Below, one piece after another: positions 26,310-40,020 of a stretch of 64,000 nt of DNA. The stretch comes from Vicugna vicugna. Lineage: Eukaryota. The stretch's first letter is position 1. Every line of letters starts with the position of its first letter. The notes under the pieces were generated by a model. It worked only from the letters and a program-made list of their open reading frames with translations. It was not told the DNA's origin and ran no database searches. The translations under genes and the position numbers were made by a program. The DNA lies in NCBI GenBank assembly GCA_013265495.1, contig MU057744.1:2059370-2123369 (forward strand). The letters are read 5' to 3'.

Positions 26310-29300
26310 ATCAAAACCGACAGAAGACAAAAGAGAAAGTCTAAGTAAACCTACGTGTCCATCAGAAACATTGTACGTAATCGTAATAAAAGTCCTCCCT
26401 CAAACAAACTCCCGGCCCGGATGACTCACTGGTGACTTCTAGCAAATGTTTTAGAAGAAACATTACCAATATTTCACACATTCTTTCAGCAAAAAAGAGG
26501 GTAGAACAATTTTCAACTTGTTTTATGAGGCCATCACAATCCTGATGCTAAGACATAAGAGAAATATTAAAAGAAAAGGAAAGACACTCCTAGGCCAATA
26601 CCCCCCCTTGAACACACATGCAAAAATCCTTAATAAACTATTTAGCAAATCAAAACTAGCCACACGGATACATCATGACTAGGTGGGACGGACCCTTGCA
26701 GGGCAACACTGGTTTCCCACTCGAAAGTCCAGCAGTGAAACTCACAACACGAACACAATAAAGGGAACAGCTATATATGACTTTCTCAATAGACGGAGGA
26801 AGAAATATTTGACAAAATTCACGTCCACTCATAAAAGAAAAAAATAACCTATCAGCAAACTAGAGGTTGAAAGGAGCTCCCTCAATCTAATAAAGGACAT
26901 TGACCAAAAAAAAAAAAAAGCCAACTTCATATGGAAGTATGAAACATTATACTCTTCTCCTTAAGTCAGGAATAAGATGAAGACACCTGCTGTCAGCACT
27001 CCTATTAAATATTCTGCTGGAAGTCCTGGACAGCAGGCAAGAAAAGGAAATGAATGACATAGAGTTTGGAAAGAAAAAACAAATAGCATTCTTCTTTGAA
27101 GATTATATGATGTGCACCTATGAAACCCTATAGAACCTATAAATACACACAAGCCACACACACACAAGTAATAAGCATTTAACAAGGTCACAGAATTCAA
27201 GTTCAGAATATCAGTTGTATTTCCAAGTACTAGCAATAATCAATTTGAAAATGGAATTTAAAATGCTGTTCACAATAGTGTAAAAAACTTGAGACCTAGG
27301 AGTGAAGCTAACAAAATATATCTGAGGTCTGTCCCATGGCTGCCGTGACAAATGACTATAATTTACTGGCTCAAAACAACAGAAATTTATTGTCTCACAG
27401 CCCCGTAGGTCAGAAGTCTGAAATCATTAGTAATGGCTTAGTAATTAATTACTGGGATGAAATTAAATTGTCAGTGGGGCCACGCTCCCTCAGAGGGTGC
27501 AGGGAAAATCCATCCCTTTTGCCTCTTTCAGCTTCTGGTGGCTGCCAGCATTCCTTGGCTTATGGCTGCATCATTCTCATTTTTAACATCAATGTCTTCC
27601 AGTCTATCTCTGCTCTGTCTTCTTCTTATTGCCTTCCCCTCCATGTCTGTGTCATTTCCCTCTACCTCCCTTTTATGAGGATGGATGCACATGATTGCAC
27701 ACAGTACCCAACTGGACAGTCCAGGATAATCAACTTAATCTTATCTGTAATGTTCCCTTATTTCCCCTTTGCTATCTAAAGTAACATTCATAGGTTCTGA
27801 GAAGTATGATCTGGTATCTTTGAGGGCCATTCATTATTCAGCCTACTGCACCTATGGACCCTACATAAGCTCCTATAGACGTATGGATCAAAGTCACGGT
27901 CCACAATATCAGAATACAAAACAATTATATTTCTAAATACTAGCAATAAATACTTTGAAAATAAAAACATCATTTTCAGTAACAGAAAAAGATCTAGTAT
28001 CTAGTTATAAAGCTAACACAATATACCTAAGACCTTTATACTAAGAGCTACAAAATATTGTTGAGAATAATTAAAGATGACTTAAATGAATAAAAAGATA
28101 CATCATAGTTGTAATACTCATGGGCTATAATACTCAGTATTTCTAAGATTCAATGCAATCTCCATCAAATCTTTAGCAAAAACCTTTTAGCAAAAACTGA
28201 CCAGCTAATTCTAAAATTTAGATGGAAATGCAAAGAATTGAAAGTCAAATATCTTGAAAAAGACGAAAAACCTGGAGGATTAAAATTAGCCAATTTACTA
28301 TAAAGCCACAGTAATCATCGTGGTGTGAAATCTGTATAAAGACAGATAAACAGACTAACAGAAAGGAACAGAAGATCCAGACATAGACATATACCTATGT
28401 TGTCAGTTGATGATAAAGTTATTAAGTCAACTCAGTAAGAAAAGGAATATACTTTTAACAGACAGTGCTAGAATGCGAGGCTATACATGTTAAAAAAAAT
28501 CTTAAATTCTAATTCACTCAACACACAAAAAAGTGATCTGAGTTGGTTCACAAACCTAAACGTGGTAACTATAACCTAAAGATTCTTGAGGAGAGCGCCT
28601 AGGAGCGTGTCTTTGCGATCTCGCAGTAGGTAAGGATTTATTAGAGAGGACACAAGCAGCACAAATCATTAAAAAAAAAAGTGTAAACTAGGCATCATCA
28701 AAATTAAAAAAAAAAATCTCTGCTCATCAAGGACTCCCTTAAGAAAATCAATAGGCAAGTCCCAGACTAAGAAGAAGTAGTCACAATCCGTGTATATGAC
28801 AGAGAAACCAAATGCAGGATGGATTTAGAGCTCCTACATGCAGAAGACAACCAAGCCAATAAAAAGATGGGCAAAAGCCTTCAACAGTATTTTCCAAAAG
28901 AAGTTAATAGAATGGCCGATCAGCAAGTGAAAAAGGTGCTCAAATCACACTTATCAGAATATGCAGATTAAATTACAATAAAGTACTACTTTTGGCCAAA
29001 ATTTAAAGACTACTAATACAGATGCTGGGGAGGTTCAGGACAGTCCTGTGTGTTACTGGTACTGGTACAAAGGGGTACAACTACTTCGGAGTACTTTCTG
29101 AGAGATAAAGTATGAAAACATATCTACCTAGGGCTTGGCAAGCCTACATCCAGGTATTTAAACCAAGATAAATGAGAACATATGTTTACGTCAAGACGTG
29201 TACACAGGCGTTTGTAGTTGTCTTACTCATCGTAGCCTCAAGCTAGAAATGCTCATGAGCTGGAGGAGGGTAACCATTTGGCAGTACATTCATGCAAAGA

Positions 29301-29645
29301 AATGCCACTCAGTTAGAAACATAAACACCCCAGTGACAGATGCTACGAGGTGCATGCACCTCAGACACCTTGTAAGACACACAGGAGAGAATACAGTGTA
29401 GGATTCCACTTATTAAAGTTCCAATACAGTAGAAGCGGATCTCTGGTGGTGGAAATCAGAAAGTGTGTCCCACCTCATGCAGTGTGGTGGGGGGACTGAA
29501 TGGAGAGGAGGACCGGGAGTTTGTGAGAGGGGGAAAGCGTTCCACATCTTGTCTGCAGTGGTGGTTACACCGCTGTCAAAACTCATAAACTGACACGATC
29601 TGTGCACTTCATTCTTCTATGCAGGTTGTATCTCAATTTTTAAAA
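26310..29645 (+). mobile_element. Old, degenerate L1M (ORF2 remnant and 3'UTR)
   Basis: A-rich strand with decayed ORF2 motifs (TTTTATGAGGCCATCACAATCCTGAT, AGATTCAATGCAATCTCCATCAAA, GCTAATTCTAAAATTTAGATGGAAATGCAA) and many stops and frameshifts. Confidence 0.8.
27322..27850 (-). mobile_element. MLT1 (MaLR) LTR nested in L1M
   Basis: GGCTGCCGTGACAAATGAC...AAAACAACAGAAATTTATTGTCTCACAG...AGAAGTCTGAAATC...CAGCTTCTGGTGGCTGCCAGCATTCCTTGGC...ATTCAGCCTACTGCA. Confidence 0.85.
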
Positions 29646-31319
29646 ACTGGTTTCATCAGAGTCTGTTTATAATACAGAGTCTTAGGCCCTACTCCGAATT
29701 TAAAGTCTTCAGGAATAATCTGAATGCATATTAAATGCTGAGAACCAGTGCCAAGGGGATGCGAGATAAAGCGGGACTGCCGCTTAGGTGGTTCTGTCTA
29801 GAAATGGAGAGGGACCTTTTCTTAATTAGACATAGAAAAAGACTTACTTCTGCACGAAAGTGGATGATAACACGTAACAAATGTTCTTCCTTGTGCCAGA
29901 AAGAAGACGATGTTCCAGGGAACCAAGGAGCCAATTCTGTAGGGAGACAGGGATGAGATGAGACGCTGGTCCTGTGGGACTGAAAGGGGGTGGGGCACCC
30001 GACTCAGCCACACTCTGGGCTAAACCTTGTGGGCTGGCCTGGGACTCAATCACCATTCATCTTAATTGCAAGTTTGAGACAATGCCTTCCGAGTTCCCGG
30101 CAACTGACTTACAGATGAAATGGGAAACACAGCCAGTTTATAAATTGAGGACAGCCTGTACTGAAAAAAACTTTTTTTAAATCCTTATTTACATGACAAT
30201 TGAGAGAGAGGGAGGAAAGAACGTGGTGGAGTATAGATCCGCTGAGTGAGGAAAATGAGTCTACTGCAGTTCTGTAAGCTAGCTCTCACCAGCAACAGTG
30301 GCCACATCTCGCTAATGCTAAACGCCTCTCCCTGCAAAATCCGTTCCCCCTGCACGAAGGAAGCACGGTGGAAGGCTGGCTGCTTTGCTTTTCACCCAGA
30401 CCTGCAGTGAAGTGGACACACTCCCCGGTAACTGCAGTGATTTCCTTCCCTTCTCAGGTATAAGATGGGCAATGGGTGATAGCAGAAAACAAGCTATGGT
30501 CTTTGAGGCCCAAGCTATGAACATCAGAACTGGCTAAAGTTTTCCCCTGGGCGGAATTTTCAGCCTTTGGTTTGCCTTAAGGAATTTCATCCAGAAGACC
30601 AGCATTTTCTACAGTGGTGGGATCAAGAGGCTGTGCTCAGATCTTGGTTTTGTGGGACAGACAAGAAGGAAGATTAGGTGGAGCAGGACTGAGACCCACC
30701 AGCACCTGCAGGTGGATTTTAAATGACCCCAAAGAGGGGGGATGGGGAAAGAACACTCCAGAAGTCTCTTCCTCCTTTGAGGGGAAATTATCTGACCTTG
30801 GTAGGCTGTTCTTGTAAGTCCAGTGGCCTCCTGGGTCATTCTCCACACGGTTGTCAGGGGATGCTGTAAGCCACAGGTGTGATCATGTGACCCCGCCGTC
30901 CAGTCCCACCCATCTGCTGAGTGTTGGCAGGCTGCTGAGGGGCTGAGAGTGAGTTCTGGGCTCCAGCCTCTGCACCACCACTTACTAGCTCTGCAACTAT
31001 GGGCATATTATGTAACATTGCCCCCCCCCCCGGCTTCTCCTACTGATACCTCAGTTTCCTCTCTTCAAAACTCATTTCATGCTATTGACCACAAAAGGTC
31101 TGAACAAAAGATCTGCACAGTACCTTCCACACATCTGCACAGTACCTGCCTACCTGAAATCGGTGAGAAGCGCCACAGAACAGGGCCCCTGCCTGAGTCG
31201 CCTTAGTCTAAGCTCAGACCCAGGAGGACGCATTACTGGTAGCAGAGGGGTCAGGGCAGCTGGTACAAACAGGAGCAGTAGATTTAATGGGAGAGTAGAA
31301 ATATTATGCCACTAACATC

Positions 31320-31470
31320 GACAACCATAGCCAATACTTAATCGCTGTGCTAAGCGCTTCCCTTATGTGATCTCATGTAATTCTCACGACTGCTTTAACG
31401 GGTATTTATCATAAGAATCCTCATTTTACAAATGAGAAAATGAGACAAAGAAAAGTCAGGTATTTTTCAC
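31320..31470 (-). mobile_element. MIR SINE fragment
   Basis: TGTGCTAAGCGCTT...ATCTCATGTAATTCTCACGAC...CTCATTTTACAAATGAGAAAATGAGAC. Confidence 0.65.
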
Positions 31471-31589
31471 GATGTTAGCCCTTCAGGAATCGGAAGCTCT
31501 GGAGTAGCCACTAGCTTGGTGGCATGGATAACATATAATTCCTTATCTTCTGCAGGTGGTCAACACAAGGGTAGAATTGTAAAATTTCC

Positions 31590-31845
31590 TTCTTTTAAGA
31601 CAATATACATACTGTGAAATGCCCAGATCTTTTTAAAAATGTGGTTAAACATGCATAACGTAAAATTTACCATTTGCACCATTTTTTAAGTGTGCAATTC
31701 TCCAGCCTTAATTAAGTACATCACGGAAATGCACAGATCTTAAGTATACAACTTGATGGGTTTTGATAAAAGTATGTATCTGCAAAATCAGCATCTCTCT
31801 CAAGATACTCACATTTTTATCAGGAAGGTTTCCTTATGTCCCTCA
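31590..31845 (-). mobile_element. Old L1M 3' end containing a nested ~95 bp L1MB-like tail (31632-31725)
   Basis: The nested piece is flanked by a 16-bp TSD GAAATGC(C/A)CAGATCTT at 31616-31631 and 31726-31741. Confidence 0.6.
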
Positions 31846-32510
31846 AGGGTAAAATTTAAATAATAACTTTTTCCCCATTATATGTTCTTTTGCACTCAAA
31901 ATATTCATAAATAGAGAAAAGTAATAGAAAATGAATCACCTGCAGAGGTAAGTCATGGTCTGTCCTGATACACTGAATTCTTAACTGAACCATGACACAT
32001 AAAGAAATAAAATTCAGAAGAAGTAAGATGCAGCTAGAAATTTCTTATATGGTACCAGGGGGGTTCTTGGGGGTCCTGTCTCACCCATCTCTCCCACCCA
32101 AGTTTAAAATACTGTAGAGTCAGTGAGCCCACTAGTCCATGACTCCAGGCTTTTCTCACCTGGAAGGGTCCTCATTCTACACGGGCTGCTGAGACCACCC
32201 ATTTTTGGATGTATTTCCAAGGAGAACAAGGCAGTCACCTGGGGACAAAGTGGGTTCACTGCACCATCTGTCTCCAGTGAAAATCACCTTAGGTAGGTCT
32301 GAGGTGCTGCTGGCTATGTCCTAGAACCTGGATGAACTCTGTTTCTGGGCCAGACTCACCTGGTGCAGTTGACAGTGGTGGCCAGAATGGACTTGAGGTT
32401 TAAATGGGGTCGTGGAAGAACCAAAATAATGGTGAGACATGCCCTCACGACTGAGCAGGTTCCACACGTGCCTAGGACATCAGAGTGGCCTTAAGGAAGC
32501 ACTTAAAGGC

Positions 32511-32625
32511 GGGGAGGGTGTAGCTCAGTGGTAGAGTGTGTGCTTAGTATGCATAAGGTCCTGGGTTCAATCCCCGATACCTCCATTAAATAAATAAATA
32601 AATAAACCTAATTATCTACCCCCAA
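32511..32625 (+). mobile_element. tRNA-derived camelid SINE (vic-1-like)
   Basis: GGGGAGGGTGTAGCTCAGTGGTAGAG (A box)...GGGTTCAATCCCC (B box)...CCTCCATT(AAAT)n CCTAATT. Confidence 0.92.
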
Positions 32626-34145
32626 AAGTTTTTTTTTAAGGAAGGAAGCTCCTCTGTGACTGTGCTGGGGCAGGCAGGGATGGAGCTGTTAGGAGATGTG
32701 GCATGGTGGATGTACCATGGATTTGGACTCTGGCCAGTGGAGCTGGGGGCTGGGGCCCGGGGCCAGTGGTGGCTCTAGGCCAGCTGGGCTGCTCCAGTGT
32801 TTCTCCTCAGCCTTGCTGGGCATTGTGGCTGTCTCTGTGCATTTCCAGAGTCTTGGTTTGGCCTCGCCCAACAGACCCTCCATCACTATCCAGGTGTGCC
32901 GCCCTGACACGCCCCAGCCTGCCTCAACCCATCCCTGACTGCTGACGTTAGAGCCGCGGGTACAGTCGGGAACAGCGACTGCTTACTGGTAGTATAGTCC
33001 AGCCTGCTTCTCAGGGCTCCCGCCACCCGATGGCCCCTCTGCGGGATCTCCACTGTGAGAGGTGACCTGTGGTTACTTGAAAAGCTGCCTTTCTCTAGAA
33101 GCAGGTGATCCAGGGTGTGCTGACCCAGTGAGGGTGAAGGCGGCTTATCTGTGCCACCACCTCCTCCAAACAAATTTACCAAAATATCAGAGCAATTGCA
33201 ACCAGGGGTTCGACCATGACTGCCACACCTATCTGGCTAGAGTCAGCCTTAGGATCCCAACGGCGAGTAAGAGGGCTGCTTCCAAGAGGTAAGGGGGAGA
33301 TGCTTCAGTCATCTGCACCTAGGAAACCAAGCGCTCGTCCAAATCACCCCCTTCGCAAGTGTGTGCTTTTGGAGGACGCCAACCCCAGGGGTTCGTGGTG
33401 GGGAGGGATAAGCTAGGGCGTTGGATGCAGTGCCTGTTCCTCTTTGATCATGAAGGCACATCCTGCAGGAGGCTCGAAGGAGGATCTGAGGCTGAGACTC
33501 CGGGTCCCGGTCTGCAGGCTGGGCTGCCCTGTGGAGCCTGTGTCAGTGAACTGTGCACGGCTGCAGGGGTAAGCAGAGTTGCTGGCATGGCTGATACGGT
33601 GCTGGCTCTGTAGGGACCACACTTGCTCTAGCTCCACGGCCTCAAGCACTCCTGATGGAGTGTCCCAGTGACACTGCACGTGTCCTGCCAGACAGTCCAT
33701 TATCTGCTTCAGTGTTCCTTAACCCATTTGTTGGGGCTGTTCAGCTGAGTCATTTCCTTTGCCAATGTCTGAGAGCATCTCTCGATGTACTGGTGACCGC
33801 ATCACCCTCCCACGTGTACTGATCTCAGGAGGTGCTGGGGGTCAGGACCTCACAGCCTGAGTTATTCAGCGTGAAACTGCCATACTGGGCTTATGTCCCC
33901 AGAGAAGGTGACTGGGGCAAGCCCTGTTCTCCTCAGCTGCCTCTTCCTTGGATGACTTTTGAAATCCGATTTCTGAAAGTTTTGGTTTTGAGTTATACAG
34001 ATATTTTTGGATGCACACTTAGTCCTGGAGCAGTTTCAGCAGAGAAACTGGATGGTTCAAACTCGTATCATGGTTGGCACAGAATTCCACAGAAATTTTC
34101 TTGAGAAAGTTTTCTATGTCATCCTTAAAGAGCAAAAGAAATCTG

Positions 34146-34282
34146 AACCTGTAATGATAAAGAATATGAAAAAGAATATATATACACACACATATATATA
34201 ACTGAATCACCCTCCTGTACAACAGAAACTAACTCAACATTGTGAATCAACTACATTTCAGTAACAAAAAATCTAAAAAAAG
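34146..34282 (+). mobile_element. Short L1 3' tail
   Basis: AACCTGTAATGATAAAGAATATGAAAAAGAAT...ACTGAATCAC...CATTGTGAATCAACTAC plus A tail. Confidence 0.8.
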
Positions 34283-34719
34283 AGATATCTCCTAAATTTA
34301 ATGTTCATTTTCTAATTTATTTATAGGACCTGAGTGGGGCAGATAAGTTACCTTTACCGTTTCTTAATGTCAGTCCTGGAAATAAGGGGATAAGTATGAG
34401 ACAGTATCATCAATATCATTAAAAAATTGTCCATGTTTTCTACCACGAGGACTGTAGGGTTGACTGTTCTTGGTCTGAGACAATGGGAGACTCCAGACAG
34501 GCTCCAGGTGTTACAGGTAAGGTAGAATCAGCCATCCTCTAGGGTCATTTGGAAAAATCCTCGTGCTTCAGTCTTGTAGCGTGCGTGGTGATGGTGGTGT
34601 GCGCAGGGGGATGGCCAATGTGGACTCCCAGGGGACTGGGAAGTTGGCCGGGGGGGGGACTGGGATGGTTTTTTTTAGCAGGTCAACTTGGCTTGGCTGT
34701 AGCTCTGTGTTTCCATGAC

Positions 34720-34960
34720 ACACTCATCTACACTTTTTTGTGGTGGGATTTTGCAGATGGAATTAAGTTCTCTAACTGGTTGACTTTAAGTGAAGGAGAT
34801 GCTTTGGGGTAATCTGATTGGGCCTGACTTAACCGGTGGAGACTTTACGAGCAGCAGGGAGGCTTTCCTGAGAGAGGAGGAATTCCTGTCCTGTATAGCA
34901 GCTTCAAACTGTCCTGGCGGGATTCCAGCCAGCTCATTCTGACATCCTCTTGTGCATCTT
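34720..34960 (+). mobile_element. MLT2/MLT1-like LTR remnant
   Basis: GGGATTTTGCAGATGGAATTAAG...GTTGACTTTAAGT...TGGGCCTGAC...GGAATTCCTG. Confidence 0.55.
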
Positions 34961-34961
34961 C

Positions 34962-35145
34962 ACGTTTATTCTTTTGTAGCTATCATCACATTTCCAACTG
35001 TGATTTTCTCTTTTATATGGATTCTTGCTTCTTTTCTATTTAGAGAAGAGCTTTCAAGGTATATTTTAGGGTAAGTTTGGTATTGCTGTATTCTTTTTGT
35101 TTTTGCTCGTCTGAGAAGTTCTTTATCTCTCTGTCTATTCTTGAT
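34962..35145 (-). mobile_element. L1 ORF1 C-terminal fragment (possibly HAL1-like)
   Basis: Minus strand 35138-35040 translates IDREIKNFSDEQKQKEYSNTKLTLKYTLKALL*, matching the L1 ORF1p C-terminus pattern (GEIKSFSDKQKLKEF...TKP.L.E.LKGLL). Confidence 0.75.
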
Positions 35146-35971
35146 ACTCCCTGACATGTGGCTATGATGAAATAGTCTGAGTATTGCCTATAGTTTGATT
35201 CTAAAATCTTAAGCTCAATTAAGTAGCATTTAGAGACTTGGGATGGTGTAAGTCTTCCCTATTGCAAGGTTAGGTGATGAGATTGAGGCCATAAAGACAT
35301 GTGACCCTATGTAACCAATCTTCCGACACTGGATGGAGACCTTTCCACATATCCCATGCATTCTTTGCTCATTACCTTTCCTCAACCATTTATTTCTTCA
35401 AGGTAAGTTCCAGTCATGCTGCTTTTAGCTCACCATTTTGTCCTCATGTTTTTCCTTCTTAACTCTTTTTTATAGTAGTTCTAAAATTCTTTGTAAGGTT
35501 GGACATGTAACAAAGGTCAAAACTCAGAGCAAACACATAAATACAAAGACCTGGAGTGGGCTATGGGGCTCTACACTGGGCAACTATCTAAAGAACAGTT
35601 GGGATGACTGGGAATATGAGTGTGAGGTGCTGAGGGGAAGAAGGCAAAGTTTATGGTAATGCTGGATCAGCATAACAAACACAACTGGGAAGGAGAGAAG
35701 GCAGCTTTGCCCAGAAGAGGAATATGCAATGCACCTCAGTGCACAGAGGACCCTGTTATACACATGGCATCTGCCTCATATAACAGAGAATATGTGCTTG
35801 TTCCCCACAGTTATCTGAGAGCTCCTAGGAGTCAGTGTTTAGGTTTGATTTCAGTCCTTACCCTCCCCCCCCAAATCCCATCATCCATCCTCCATTCTTC
35901 TGTCCTCCACCCCTGACCCGGACCCCTTCTCTGTCTCAGAATTTCTTACAGAGTATTGAACAAAGTAGTCA

Positions 35972-36496
35972 TGAAACAGGAGGGAAAGGGGCAGGGCACA
36001 ACCATATAAAGAGTGACACAGCAATTAGCACCCAGATGGCGGAAGATTCGCCCTCCAGTGGACCTTGAGCTTCATTACACTCATGGTAATGTACTAGGAA
36101 GGTGAATGACACTCCCACAGGCGCCATGACAGCTCTCAGGCTGGCCATAAAAAGTCAAATAGATGGCAGTGGCCTAGCTTCTGGGAATCCCAGCCCCTTC
36201 CCCAAAGTATTTGGAATAATCCTCCTACTAATTTAGCACATTAAACTACCGTGCCCATAAAAACTACCAATCCTGCACCTCACAGTCGCTCTCTCTCTTG
36301 CCTACTGAGATGATCCACACTCTGTCTGTGGAGTGCACAACTCTCTGAACAAATCTACTTTTACTCAACTATGGTTCTCTCTTGAATTATTTTCTCTGTG
36401 AAGCCAAGGACCCTCACTTGGCAGGGGTGCATCGCAGGGACTCGTCTGGGACCTGGGACACGGTCATCTTCTCACCCCACATTTTTCCTGTTATCA
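35972..36496 (+). mobile_element. Solo ERV1-type LTR (family A, copy 2)
   Basis: TGAAACAGGAGGG...TTTTCCTGTTATCA with a perfect 4-bp TSD GTCA (35968-35971, 36497-36500). Homologous to 37-583. Confidence 0.9.
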
Positions 36497-39400
36497 GTCA
36501 GAAAATGCACACTGTACTCAATTCAGTTGACTACAGCCCACTAATTACATCTTAAAAAAAACTGTGGCTTTCTTAAAAGAATAATTTATCCCTTAAAAAA
36601 TCTGTATTTAAAAAATAATCTCTTTTAAACACAATAGCAGTGTTCCATCTACCAATTTCTCTATCTCTATAAGGTCTTAGCATTTGTAGTTATTCTTTAT
36701 AAAGATACGGAATAAAAATGTATGCTAAAATTAAAGTTTAGGTTCCAAAATTATTCAAAAACTTGATTTTAGTTTTCAAATTGAATCAGAGATAATGCAA
36801 TTATTACAGCTTGGGAAAGAAAAAGAGGAAGAGCCTTTAAGAGACTCTTCTCGCTGCAACTGTGATTCTAAATAAATAAATAAGCATCCTTGAATTGATA
36901 ACAAGGCTTTGAGCTGTTCAGCTTAAAAATAGGCTTACCCCATTAAGATGATTAAACTCAGAGGCATATTCTGAAAGGAGCTTTTGAAAATGGATTTCTT
37001 GCAAACTGTCATCAAATATTCATAGATAAAATAATTATGTGGAAAGATAAAAGGATGATGGAAATTGAAAAGGGCTGACAACAAAGGGAACGTGATTAGA
37101 TAGCTACACAAAGTTTTTGAGAAGGAGACTCAGATGGGGCTGGTGTGAGGCTTAGGAAGATTTGAGCATCTGCTTTGATAGACCCTCATCATTCTTGCTC
37201 TCCTGAGTGAAGATGCACGTAGGGAACAATGACTGGACTGTGATGGAATGTAATGTCCACATGGGTCTGTATTCTCCTCTCATTGTCTCTCTGCCGTCAG
37301 TCATGTTCTTTGCAGCTTCTACAGTGCCTGGCATAGTTCAGAATGAGTGTTTCTGAGCTACAGCCCAGTGGCTGAGAAGGACACTATTATTCTTTGCTGG
37401 AGATCAGCACACAAGACATTTTAATGGATATGGTTTGACAGCTAATTTTGGTTGGAAAGAGAAGGATTTGCAAAATTAAGAAACTTAATTATTTTATATC
37501 TGACTCTTTGATAGTAGAATGTAGGAAATCTATTTCCAAAAGAACTTGGTAGAAAGTTCTTCCAGTATAAAATTCTTTTTATCTATATTTCCTAATGGCT
37601 TTTTAGGCTGTAGCTGAAAGCCATGCAGGATATCTGCCCTTTGCTTTTGCAGTTGATAATGAAAGCAAAAACTGCAAACCATACAGTTGATAATGAAAAC
37701 CAAAGTTAAAAATAAAACCCTCCATAATACCTTATGAGAGTCCCTGTTTATGAATTTTGTAACAGTGAACATTCACACTTGAGTCCTTTGCTCAGGAGCT
37801 GACTGTGAAAATACTATGAAACATAAATCAAATGGAAAGTCTAATAATTAGCCAAAACCATAAAATGAAGAGAGACTCTGAATAGTTCTAAACAACTGTT
37901 TTACTCTTTTTAAGAGAAGAAAACTGTGAATCCTTATACGCTTTCAAGAACATTTACTGGAAAATTTAAAACTTGCTAATTGCAGGATGTATGTTCCCTT
38001 CCTAAAACTTAGCAGTATACATATGATTTTAACCAATGTCCTTGTAAAATGGAGAAATCTCCTAATGTCTCTTAATGACTACCGATCATCATTCTAAATG
38101 AACAAAGAATTGCTCATGAGTTAGTCTTTCCTGGGAAATTCTTTTCAATAATGTGAGCTTCCTGATCACAATATTATTTTGATAATATAAAATTCAGTGA
38201 CTCTATCGTTGAAAAACATTAGATTATTAATGAGATGCATTTAACTCGTTATTTTTTTTCTCCAATGGAATATTTGATACAAAGAACAAAAGTCACTTTT
38301 GGGTACATTTTCTTCATTTCTGTGAAGCCATCCGATCATTTTCACGTGAATTATAGACTGGGGTATAATTTTAGTTTCAGGGGTATAGTAATACTAGATA
38401 AAGAGGGAAAGATTAGAAAACTAGTCAGTCTTTTATTTTAGTTATCCAGATGTGACCTTGAATTCCTCACACTTCATTTAAGAAACTAGAATAATTCAAG
38501 TAACTCTGGATTTGCATGCATACAATATTAAAAGATACTAGTAACAGATAATATTGTTAATTAATCACTCTACCACGTGGTCAGTTGCCACAAAGGCACA
38601 CCATGATTCCTGCTCATATGCAGTAAATATTGGGGCCTCCTGTACTTCAACACAAGTACTGCCCTACTCAGTGGGCTTCCTCTTTGCAGACACATTTTTA
38701 AAAAGTCTTTGTTCCTTCTCATTCTGTCCTGAGAACTATACTCTCTCTTTCCTCAAAACCAAGTAAGCACCCCAGAAATGCAGAAAAGGAAGTGGTCTGA
38801 ATGTAGACCCCATGCCTATAATCCTGGCATGAAACCAGTGAATTCCATATACTTAATGTCATCAATGATTCCCTATTCAAAATAACTGTTTACCTCCATT
38901 TAAGGCAATTTTCTCATGTATTTAAAAAAATTAGGGCTAAAGAACACCCTAGAAACCCGTGAGATACTGGGATGGATATGTGTGTTGGATAATTAGCATT
39001 GAGTGATGATGTCTATTTTTCTAGGTTGGCTTATAACTGTTCAAGTAGTTCCTTCTTAGAATGTTTAAGTGTATTTTGTTACCGAACTTTTTTCTCCTTA
39101 TTTCCTCCCACAAAATGAGTGAAAATTTTCAGAGGAAACAAAGTTCTCTTTTCTGCCTGTTTCCAAAACACTTAGCACAAAGGATCTTACATGGCAGCCT
39201 CTCAACATCTCTGCAGGATGAATGGTCTCCTTGCAACCTCATAGGCTTTAAATAAACATCTCCTGAATTGCATCGCAACTCTGCAGGGTCCCCGAGTCTA
39301 TGGAAACCAGTTTATCTCTGCCCTCCTTCCTGGGCTGGGATCTTGGCAGTGTAAACTGAAATATGTCTTTATTATGAAAATCACAATAAACACTTGATTC

Positions 39401-39761
39401 CAGTCTTACTGGCAGTATTCAGGGAGAAAATGTCCAGTTGTGAGGACTCTCCCTGGAGTCCAGTCTTCACTGAGCCAATTTCTATTATTTCAACACAATT
39501 TCATGGCTTTAAGTATTTTTATTTATGTTCTATAATATGAATAAAAATAATTCCAAGAAGATGGTTTTTCTCCATCTTCTACTCCAAGCCTTGTGGAATT
39601 TTTCACTCCATTGCCTGAACTTGGAAGGCTTGGTCTGTCTTTATCAGGGATAATAAATCATTTAAGAAAAAATGAATTTTATTAAAAATATTTTTAAAAA
39701 CTTTAGTATTTTAAATAGATAACATTATAAATCATTTTATTATACAAATAAATGAATATAT

Positions 39762-40020
39762 GGGTTTTTCTGTGTGCATCACAGGTAAAGACATACACAA
39801 AAGGGGATGAACATGACTAAGCTCTTCAAGGGTAAGGAGCCATCAGTCAATCAAGAGATCACCTCTAAGCGAGGGTGTGAGAGAAGAGGGTAAATAAAGA
39901 CCACTGCTATCCGCCCCTGGATCAGCCTGCCTCCTGTTCTTGGAGGTGTATTTTCCCTTTGCTAATAAAACTTTCAAATTCTTTTGCTAAAACAAATATT
40001 TAATAAAACATGTAATAAAT
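39762..40020 (+). mobile_element. A-tailed LTR-like fragment with a 16-bp TSD (probable retrocopy)
   Basis: TSD AAAT(A/G)AATGAATATAT at 39746-39761 and 40021-40036. AATAAA at 39964-39969 and an A-rich tail from about 39989. Confidence 0.55.

Noticed and set aside
32511..32585. tRNA gene (also 3830-3904, 57777-57850, 58409-58485)
   Set aside because: The A and B boxes are followed by SINE tails, some copies have TSDs, and the copies are diverged from each other. These are tRNA-derived SINEs.
37..36496. Two same-orientation family-A LTRs as the ends of one provirus
   Set aside because: They are 35 kb apart and clearly diverged, there is no gag/pol/env between them, and the second has its own 4-bp TSD, so they are independent solo LTRs.
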